From Haliangiales bacterium (GTDB taxonomy: Bacteria; Myxococcota_A; Polyangia; Haliangiales; SHYZ01), in contig JBKJOI010000659.1 in the NCBI GenBank assembly GCA_046595695.1, forward strand, positions 1 through 55,818: a stretch of 55,818 nt of DNA, given 5' to 3'. Below the pieces are notes generated by a model. The model worked only from the letters and a program-made list of their open reading frames with translations. It made no database searches and had not been told where the DNA came from. The position numbers and the translations under genes were made by a program. Below, one piece after another: positions 9,550 to 17,131 of this stretch; within the stretch, counting starts at the first letter, position 1, and each line of letters opens with the position of its first letter.

Positions 9550-9709
9550 CGGTGGCGTGACACACGCCCACCATCGCGCGCCCCGGATTTCCTCGAAAAA
9601 TCGCCGCGGCGACCTGGCCCCTGGGGCCAGGCGCGCGCGCCGTTCGCCCCACCGAACCATGGCCGACTGTCCTCAGCCTCACGCCACCCGCGGCAAGCCC
9701 CGCTTCGCT

Positions 9710-9924
9710 AGCTGCGCGAAGGATCACTGACCCGAAGGTGCAATTGACCTGCTGAGCCACCTCTTCCATCACGCCGCGCAGCGGACAAGTCTCACGGCGC
9801 TGCACGCCTCCACGTCGGCGGTGTTCGCGTCACCGGCGAAGCACGCGGGCGCGACTGGTCCCTCGAGCACGGTGAACACGTCGAGCATGGTCACGTCCCG
9901 GGGCCGCTTGACCAGCCGGTAGCC
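9710..9924 (-). pseudogene. C-terminal fragment of an Rrf2-family (IscR/NsrR-like) regulator
   Basis: GYRLVKRPRDVTMLDVFTVLEGPVAPAC..EAC / frameshift / TCPLRGVMEEV; no N-terminal HTH. Confidence 0.7.
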
Positions 9925-9929
9925 ACAGC

Positions 9930-10306
9930 GTTGGCGGCGAAGAAGTAGCGAGGATCGACGAGATCGGCTCGATGAAGCGGCCCGGGCGACCGGTGCGCTT
10001 CTCGACCTCGCGCAGGATGAGCAGCTGCCCGGCGGAGAAGCTGTTGCAGCTCTTCACCGAGTTGATGAGCAGGCCGTTGGCGTCGTAGTCACGGAGGTAC
10101 CGCGTCAAGGTCTCGACGCGCGAGGGCAGGTTCAGGTTGGTGTAACAGCCGGCGCAGTAGTCCGCGAGGGTCTCGAGCGGCCGGGCCGGATCGTGGCGGA
10201 AGCCGTCGTCGTACACCCCGCCGACCTTGGTGTAGGTCGAGGCCACGACCACGGCGCCCTCGTCGTAGAACATTTTCCGGAACTCGCGGAAGCTGGTCCA
10301 GTCGGG
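9930..10306 (-). pseudogene. bcrB: Fragment of benzoyl-CoA reductase subunit B (BcrB/BadE)
   Basis: PDWTSFREFRKMFYDEGAVVVASTYTKVGG..GCYTNLNLP..INSVKSCNSFSAGQL.. / frameshift / LVDPRYFFAAN. Confidence 0.8.
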
Positions 10307-10592
10307 CAACGTGCGCGAGCTGCAGAACGTCGTGAAGTACGCCGCCGCGCTCGCCACCGGCGCGGAGGTCGGTGCCGAGGACCTCCCCGACGAGCTGGAC
10401 GGCGCGCCCGGGCCGGGGCGCACGCTCGCGGCCTCGCCAGTCGCCGCACCCCGGGCCGCGGACGTCCGGCGCACCCTCGCCGAGGTGGAGCGCGAGCACA
10501 TCCTCGGTGTGCTCGACGCGTGCGGCGGATCGCAGGCGCAGGCGGCGAGCGTGCTCGGCATCGCGCGCAACACCCTGTGGCGTAAGCTCGGA
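10305..10592 (+). pseudogene. C-terminal fragment of a sigma54 enhancer-binding protein
   Basis: GNVRELQNVV sensor II plus Fis-type HTH AASVLGIARNTLWRKL; AAA+ core absent. Confidence 0.85.
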
Positions 10593-10777
10593 GCTACGCG
10601 TAGACACAGCACGATAGCTGCAGCCTGGGGAGGCAAACGCGTCGACCTGGACGCGCGCGTGCTGGAAGGACGCTCCCCATGATCGCCACCAAGCTTGCGG
10701 TCCGCGAGCGGCGGAGCCGCGGCCCCGGCAAGGTGGCGTTCATGCTGCCATCGTGACGGGGCCTGTCGCCGTCGATG

Positions 10778-10791
10778 TTGACGGGCGTCAA
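10778..10791. promoter_or_regulatory. FNR box (symmetric half-sites)
   Basis: TTGAC-GGGC-GTCAA; centre 41.5 nt before ATG 10743 (-), with CACGAT at -12..-7; downstream ORF is a 49-aa remnant. Confidence 0.8.
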
Positions 10792-10925
10792 GGCCGGGTG
10801 CCCAGCGGGCTTCGGTCCGCCGGTGGTTGCTTCCCGCGCGTGGTACACGTCGCAGGTGCCGCGGCCCCGTGCGCCCTGACGGGTAGCCGCGCCGCACGGT
10901 GATCCTGCTGCCCGTCGGAGTCCAA

Positions 10926-13034
10926 ATGTCCGAGCCCTCGAGCCTGACCCCGCTGTTCCGCCCCCGCGTCGTCGCCGTGATCGGTGCATCGCGGCGCCGC
11001 GGCACGATCGGCGCCGAGATCTTTCACAACCTCGTGCGGGTCGGCTTCACCGGCACGGTCTACCCGGTGAACCCGAACGCCGCCTCGGTGCAGGCGGTGC
11101 GCTGCTACCCCGATATAGCCTCGGTGCCGGAGAGCGTGGACCTTGCGATCGTGGTCGTGCCTGCGCCGCAGGCGGTCGACGCGGTCAAGGCCTGCGCCGC
11201 CGCTGGGGTGCGCGGCGTCGTCGTGATCACCGCGGGCTTCAAGGAGGTCGGTCCCGCCGGCGCGGCGCGCGAGGCCGAGATCGCGCGCGTGGCCCGCGCC
11301 GCCGGCATGCGTCTCGTCGGGCCCAACTGCCTCGGCATCCTCAACACGGATCCGGAGGTCCAGCTCGACGCCACCTTTGCGCCCACCTGGCCGCCGCGCG
11401 GACGCGTCGGCTTCATGAGCCAGTCTGGTGCGCTCGGCGTGGCCATCCTCGACTATGCGAAGAGTCGCAACCTGGGTATCAGCACCTTCGCCGCGATCGG
11501 CAACCGCGCCGATGTCTCGGCCAACGACGTGCTCGAGTTCTGGGAAGACGATCCCGACACCGACCTGTGCCTGCTCTACCTTGAGAGCTTCGGCAACCCG
11601 CGTCGCTTCACCAGCATCGCGCGGCGGGTCGCCCGGCGAAAGCCGATCCTGGTGGTCAAGAGCGGGCGCAGCGAGGTGGGCCGCCGCGCCGCGGCGAGCC
11701 ACACCGGCAGCCTGGCCGGCGTCGACGTCGGCGTCGACGCGCTCCTGCACCAGACCGGGGTGATCCGCGTCGACAGCATCGACGATCTCTTCAACACGGC
11801 CATGCTGCTCGCCAACCAGCCCCTGCCGCGCGGCAAGCGCGTCGCCATCCTGACCAACGCGGGCGGCCCCGGAATCCTCGCCTCCGATGCGTGTGAGGCG
11901 CAGGGCCTCGAGGTAGTCGCCCTGCCCGCCGAGCTGCAGGCGCGCCTGCGCACGTTCCTGCCGCCCGAGGCCTCGGTCGCCAACCCGGTCGACATGATCG
12001 CCAGCGCCGGGCCCGACGCCTACGAGCGTGCCGTGCGCGAGGTCCTCGGCTCGGATGCCGTCGACGCCGCGCTCGTGATCTTCGTGCCGCCCATCGTGAC
12101 CGCGCCCGACGCGGTCGCGCGCGCCATCTTGCGCGGCAAGGCGGGCATCGACAAACCCGTGGTCGCGAACTTCCTCGGGCTGCACGGCGTGGCCGAGGGT
12201 GAGGCCGAGCTCAGCGAGGGCCGTGTGCCCGCGTACCCGTTCCCCGAGCCCGCGGCGGTGAGCCTGGGTCGGGCGGTGCGCTACGCGGCCTGGCGCGCGC
12301 GCCCCGACGGCCAGGTGCCCGAGCTCGCCGTCGACGAGGCACGCGCGCGTGCGCGCCTCGAGCGCACGCCCCGGGGCGCCTGGCTGCGCGCCGACGAGGC
12401 GCTCGCGCTCTTGGCCGACTACGGCATCCCCGCGGCCGAGGGCGGGCTCGCCACCACGGCCGACGAGGCAGCGGCGCTGGCGCAGCGTCTCGGCTTCCCG
12501 GTCGCAGTCAAGCTCGCCAGCCGCGTGCTGGTGCACAAGACCGAGGTGCACGGGGTGCGCCTGGGCCTGAAGAGCGCCCAGGAGGTCTACGACGCGTTCG
12601 CAGGTATTCGCGCGCGCGTCGCCGAGCTGGGACCCGGCGATCTCTTCGATGGTGTGCTGGTGCAGGCGATGGTGCCGGGCGGCGTGGAGATGGTGGTCGG
12701 CGCCGCGGTCGATCCCGAATTCGGGCACTTGCTCATGGCCGGCCTCGGTGGCGTCACCGTGGAGCTGCTGAAGGACGTCGCCTTTCGCGTCCTGCCGCTC
12801 ACCGACCAGGACGCTCGTGAGATGATCGACGGCCTGCGCGGCGCGCCGCTGTTGCGCGGCTATCGAGGCGCGCCGCGCGCCGACCAGGCGGCGCTCGAGC
12901 AGCTGCTGCTGCGTGTGGCCTGCCTCCTCGGGCACCGGCCCGAGATCGCCGAGCTCGACATGAACCCGGTCATGGTGCTGCCCGAGGGCCAAGGGGTGCG
13001 CGTCGTCGACGTGCGCGTGCGACGCAGCGATTAG
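10926..13034 (+). CDS. Acetate/acyl-CoA ligase (ADP-forming), fused CoA-binding and ATP-grasp domains
   Basis: VAVIGAS, GPNCLG, SQSGALG, SHTGSLAG, NPVD, HKTE..GV, ELDMNP; GGAG RBS. Confidence 0.93.
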   Translation: MSEPSSLTPLFRPRVVAVIGASRRRGTIGAEIFHNLVRVGFTGTVYPVNPNAASVQAVRCYPDIASVPESVDLAIVVVPAPQAVDAVKACAAAGVRGVVVITAGFKEVGPAGAAREAEIARVARAAGMRLVGPNCLGILNTDPEVQLDATFAPTWPPRGRVGFMSQSGALGVAILDYAKSRNLGISTFAAIGNRADVSANDVLEFWEDDPDTDLCLLYLESFGNPRRFTSIARRVARRKPILVVKSGRSEVGRRAAASHTGSLAGVDVGVDALLHQTGVIRVDSIDDLFNTAMLLANQPLPRGKRVAILTNAGGPGILASDACEAQGLEVVALPAELQARLRTFLPPEASVANPVDMIASAGPDAYERAVREVLGSDAVDAALVIFVPPIVTAPDAVARAILRGKAGIDKPVVANFLGLHGVAEGEAELSEGRVPAYPFPEPAAVSLGRAVRYAAWRARPDGQVPELAVDEARARARLERTPRGAWLRADEALALLADYGIPAAEGGLATTADEAAALAQRLGFPVAVKLASRVLVHKTEVHGVRLGLKSAQEVYDAFAGIRARVAELGPGDLFDGVLVQAMVPGGVEMVVGAAVDPEFGHLLMAGLGGVTVELLKDVAFRVLPLTDQDAREMIDGLRGAPLLRGYRGAPRADQAALEQLLLRVACLLGHRPEIAELDMNPVMVLPEGQGVRVVDVRVRRSD

Positions 13035-13328
13035 CCGGCACCAGCATCCGCCTCGTGGGGCAGGTCTCTCAGCCTATCTCAGGTTGGGCGAGGGCCGTGC
13101 TCGCCATCGACTCGCCTGCACGAGGCGCCGCGAACGGCCGTTCGACTCTGGCATGCGCAGCAAGCGATGCTCGTTGAACACGGATGGGGTACGAGCTCCC
13201 AGTCGTGGTCGCGTGCTGTGGTGCGTCAAGTGCGCCGGGAACGCGGCCATTCGCGATCATGCGAGCTGATCGCGCGAAAGTTTGGCGCTTTGGCGGCGTA
13301 GGCCGCAAATGATGCAGGTCCAACGACG

Positions 13329-13344
13329 TGGCACATCAGGTGCA
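13329..13344 (+). promoter_or_regulatory. sigma54 promoter
   Basis: TGGCAC-ATCAG-GTGCA, 13 nt before ATG 13358. Confidence 0.75.
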
Positions 13345-13357
13345 TCGAAGCAATGGC

Positions 13358-13594
13358 ATGGCGTACCGACTCGTTACCTGTCCCGAGACGGCGCACCTCG
13401 AGTTGCTGGAGTACGAGGTGGACCCACTGGGCGTGTTGGTTCAAGCCTGCTCGCGGTTCGGTTCATCGCGTGACGTTCATTGCCCCCGAACCTGCGCCGC
13501 ACGCCTCGATCGCTGTGAACGCGCCTGCTCGGTGGCCGAGGATGACGACGATGTGGCCGAGGAGCGCACCGAGGTCGAAGTCGATCAGCTCTAG
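13358..13594 (+). CDS. Small Cys-rich protein with acidic tail
   Basis: MAYRLVTCPET..ACSRF..CPRTC..CERAC; has its own sigma54 motif. Confidence 0.7.
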   Translation: MAYRLVTCPETAHLELLEYEVDPLGVLVQACSRFGSSRDVHCPRTCAARLDRCERACSVAEDDDDVAEERTEVEVDQL

Positions 13595-13619
13595 GGCCGG
13601 GCCGCGTGGGCCGCGCTCG

Positions 13620-14400
13620 CCCACGCGGGCAGCTGGCGACCGCGATCGGCTTGCGCAGGAGCAGGCTGTGCCGGGCCTCCGATACGTCGAGCAGGAACGC
13701 CGAGGCCTGCATGTGATTGTGGGCGAGCTCCTCCTCGGTCAGTGGCGCATCGAGGTAGGTATCCTGCGGCCGCATCCGGTGCTGGTGCACCGCGAACAAC
13801 GAGAGCGGGCGAGCCGCCGCCCCATGGCAGCTCGCGTTTGCGCAGCGCTCGGCGAGGATCGGCTGCGCCTTGGCGACGAGGCCGTGGTGAGCGCGTCCGG
13901 GGCCTCCAGCTCGGGCGGGCGTCCGCCCACGCCCTCGGGATCGCCGTGGCATGCCGCACACCGCGAGCCGTAGCGGCGAGCCCCCGTCGCCACCGACAGG
14001 CCCTGTACCAGCGTCTGCCCTGGCAAGAGGTAGTACCAGCGGTTGTGCATGGCGCCCACGGCCATGCGCGCGGCATCGAGCGCCTGCAGCCGGAAGGACA
14101 CGCCCACCGGCACGCGCGCCTGGAAGCTGCCGTCGGCCGCGACCGGCAGCTCGGCGAGCACGCGTGCCGGCCCGTGTCGCCCCAGCGCCGCCGAGGTCGC
14201 GCCGGGCGTACCCGAAAGCGTGTCCTGGGCGGGCACGGGCGACCGATCGGCTGGGCGCATCGCCCGGTGCTCGACCAGGCGAACGAACGCGATATCCGCG
14301 CGCACGCGCCCGAGGGCGGCAGGTTGGCCAGCCGCCCCGGCCGCCGCGAGGCCCCCACGTACGGCCCCTCGTCCATGGAGGTATTGACCCCACGAGCCCC
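13620..14400 (-). pseudogene. Decayed copy of the HzsA-like plus CX4CH-cytochrome gene pair
   Basis: ELPVAADGSFQARVPVGVSFRLQALD..CAACHG joined out of frame to AQPILAERCANASCHG..SLLLRKPIA; boundaries approximate. Confidence 0.8.
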
Positions 14401-14842
14401 CGCTCTCCGACGGTGACGCGAGCGCGAAGCGTACGCAGGAGCCCCAGATCGCGACGGTACACGAGGGTGCAGTCGACCGCATGCGGAGGTACGTCGTGCC
14501 CAAACGCCTGCCCAGGCTCATCATCTTCGTCCCGCTCTTCCTCGGCGCCTGCAAATCCAGGCGCGCTCCCCGTCGTGGGCAACAACGAGTGCGCCGATCC
14601 ACCCGAGTTGCCCTACGCGTGCGCGGGGGCGTGTTCCCCTGCGAGTGCGTCGACCTACGCGTGCGCGACGCCCGCTGACCCCGCGCACCGGGCGCGACTT
14701 GTCGATCGTCAAGCCGGAGACCCGCGCATCGGTCGGCTCCTCGATCAACTCCTCGTGAGCGCGTCGTTTCTCGCTAAGCTCAGCAGCGCGACACGATGAT
14801 GCCGTCCTTCACGTCCTCCACGCCCTTCCGCGAGCCCACGTC

Positions 14843-15350
14843 GTGACCACCGCGCTCGTCCGCCGCGATGCGCGCTCGAACGCCTTCCTGGCCGACTGAC
14901 CGCTCCGCCAGCACGCCGCGACCCGCGGCGGCCATCCGGCCCTGGTGCTGGGCGAGCGCACGCTCGGCTATGCCGAGCTCGACGGCCTCGCCGACCGCGC
15001 GGCCGAGGTCCTGCGTGCCGCGAACGTGCGCCGCGGCGATCGCGTGCTGCTCGCGCTCGACAACGGACTCGCGGCCGTCGTGGGATTCTACGGGGCGCTG
15101 CGCGCCGATGCCGTCCCGATGCTGCTCGGGGCGCCCCGGCGGACGCACCGCGTGGTGCGCGTCGCCGCGCTGGCGGAGCCGGCGGTGCTGGTGGCAGACG
15201 CACCGATCGAGGGCGTCTCGGCGCCGTGGCTCGCACCCGCCGCGTCCATCGGGGCTCGACCACTGCATCCAGCCTGCCAGGTCCCGGCGGGGCCCGTCCG
15301 CTTCTCCTCGTCCACCGACCTGCCCTTGCCCTTGCCTGTCCTTGACCGAC
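14843..15350 (+). pseudogene. N-terminal remnant of an AMP-binding acyl-CoA ligase
   Basis: In-frame TGA at 14897; HPALVLGERTLGYAELDGLADRAA..VRRGDRV..GALRADAV, then similarity is lost. Confidence 0.7.
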
Positions 15351-15395
15351 GACAAGGCGGGGCGCTGCGCCGGCTGCTATGCAGAGAGACCCCTC

Positions 15396-16583
15396 ATGAA
15401 CCATGCGATGAAGCCCTTGCGCATGCCGTATGCCGGCAGAGATGTCCCGCACGCCGTGATCGAGGTCAATCAGCGGTGCAACATCTCGTGCGCCGCCTGC
15501 TACAAGGACAAGTCGACGTACACGAAGCCGCTCGCCCAGGTGCTCGACGAGATCGCCCTGGTCACGTCCGTGCGCAACATCGGTGTGCTGTCGCTGGCCG
15601 GCGGTGAGCCGACGCTCCACCCCGATCTCCCGGCGATCATCGCGTCGATCGCTCGACGAGGCATCCAGGTCCAGTTGCTCACCAACGGGCTGAACCTCAC
15701 CGACGAGAAGCTGGCCACGTACAAGGCGCACGGGCTGGCGCGGGTGTACCTGCACATCGACTCGCTCCAGAGGCGCCCCGACGCGCGCCGGGTCGAGCGC
15801 GAGTCCGACCTCACCGTGCTGCGCGAGCAGATCGCCGAGCGCGTCGTCCGCTGGGGGATGCGCTGCGCGCTGACGGTGACGCTCTACCGGACGAAGAACC
15901 TGCAGGACCTGCCGGCCCTCGTCGAGCAGGTCCTCGACAGCCGCTTCATCGATCGGCTGCTGGTCACCTGCTGCACCGACTTCGCCGCGATCGACGCCCG
16001 GCTTCGCGAGCTCCAGTGGCTCCCCGCCTCCGTGGCCGAGCCCCCCGGCGACCTGAGCGGCGAGGTGGTCTCGAACGACGACGTCACGCGCGCGCTCACC
16101 CGGTTCGGGATGAAGCCCTTCGCATACGTCGCCTCGGACCGGAACCTGGACGACATGCGCTGGCTCTTCTACTACTCCTTCACCGCGCGCACACCGGCCG
16201 CGGCGCTGCGATTGCTGCATCTCGGCCCTTCCTTCGGGCGGGTCGCACGGGCCGCAAACGCGCTCTCGAAGCGGCTCCGCGGCCGCTTCCCCTTCGGCGA
16301 GACGCTCGGCCGCGGCGGCGCCCTCCTCACCTGCCTCGCCTACGCGGCGACGAGCGGCGATCTCGGTGAGGTCGGCGAGACGCTGAGCTTTCTGCGCGCG
16401 GCGCGCCGCCGGGACGCGCAGCTCACCCAGAAGAGCTTCATCTTCCAGCAAGGGCCCAGCGTGACGGCCGCGGGCGAGATCGAGATCTGCAAGGACTGCC
16501 CCGACGCCACCGTCCGGAACGGTCGCGTCATCCCGGTGTGCCTTGCGGATCTTCTGTCTCCCCAGGCTCCACAGGGAGCGTAG
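15396..16583 (+). CDS. Radical SAM protein of unknown function
   Basis: CNISCAAC, GGEPTLHP, LTNG; C-terminal CKDCPD..PVC. Confidence 0.9.
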   Translation: MNHAMKPLRMPYAGRDVPHAVIEVNQRCNISCAACYKDKSTYTKPLAQVLDEIALVTSVRNIGVLSLAGGEPTLHPDLPAIIASIARRGIQVQLLTNGLNLTDEKLATYKAHGLARVYLHIDSLQRRPDARRVERESDLTVLREQIAERVVRWGMRCALTVTLYRTKNLQDLPALVEQVLDSRFIDRLLVTCCTDFAAIDARLRELQWLPASVAEPPGDLSGEVVSNDDVTRALTRFGMKPFAYVASDRNLDDMRWLFYYSFTARTPAAALRLLHLGPSFGRVARAANALSKRLRGRFPFGETLGRGGALLTCLAYAATSGDLGEVGETLSFLRAARRRDAQLTQKSFIFQQGPSVTAAGEIEICKDCPDATVRNGRVIPVCLADLLSPQAPQGA

Positions 16584-16874
16584 GCGCGGGCGCGACGGCA
16601 GACTCGGCCGGAGTCGGACCCCGCGCGAACGATTTGCGTCCCGCAGAGCTCGCGCCGGTCCGCCAGCGCAAGGGCTGCGCGCCAGCGGCGCCGACCGGCC
16701 TTCCATGCAGCGGCACGACGCGTGCCAGCCTCGTTCGCAAGGTCGCCGACGATCCCAGGAACGGCTGACCGAGCGTCGCACGCACGCGTCGCGAGGAGGG
16801 TGGGGTGAGTCACGACATGGGCGGCTCAGCTCTTCACCGTCACGCTCCGCGACAACAGCGAGCGCGAGGAGACG

Positions 16875-17064
16875 GACGAACGGACGCGAGCTCGCGGCGC
16901 GGCTGCGCGCGCTCCGGCCTGGCCTCAAGGTCGTGCTCACCAGCGGCTACAGCGATGAGCTCGCCGGCCGCGAGCTGCACCAGCAGCCCGGCCAGGCCTT
17001 CCTGCCCAAGCCGTTCGAGATGCGCCAGTTGATCGAGACCGTGCGCGACACCCTCGACGGCTGA
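16875..17064 (+). pseudogene. C-terminal half of a response-regulator receiver domain
   Basis: NGRELAARLRALRPGLKVVLTSGYS..FLPKPF; phospho-Asp half missing. Confidence 0.75.
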
Positions 17065-17131
17065 GGCGCCCCGCGCGCCTACCCTGCTGACGCCGGCCGG
17101 CTTCGCGGTCACCAGCCGCAGGACGTCGGTC

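Noticed and set aside
14897-14899. Selenocysteine or recoding at the in-frame TGA
   Set aside because: Non-catalytic position in a gene that is also truncated; a nonsense mutation is simpler
16711-16727. Bidirectional sigma54-like palindrome CGGCACGACGCGTGCCA
   Set aside because: No credible gene start at the expected distance on either strand; at most a relic
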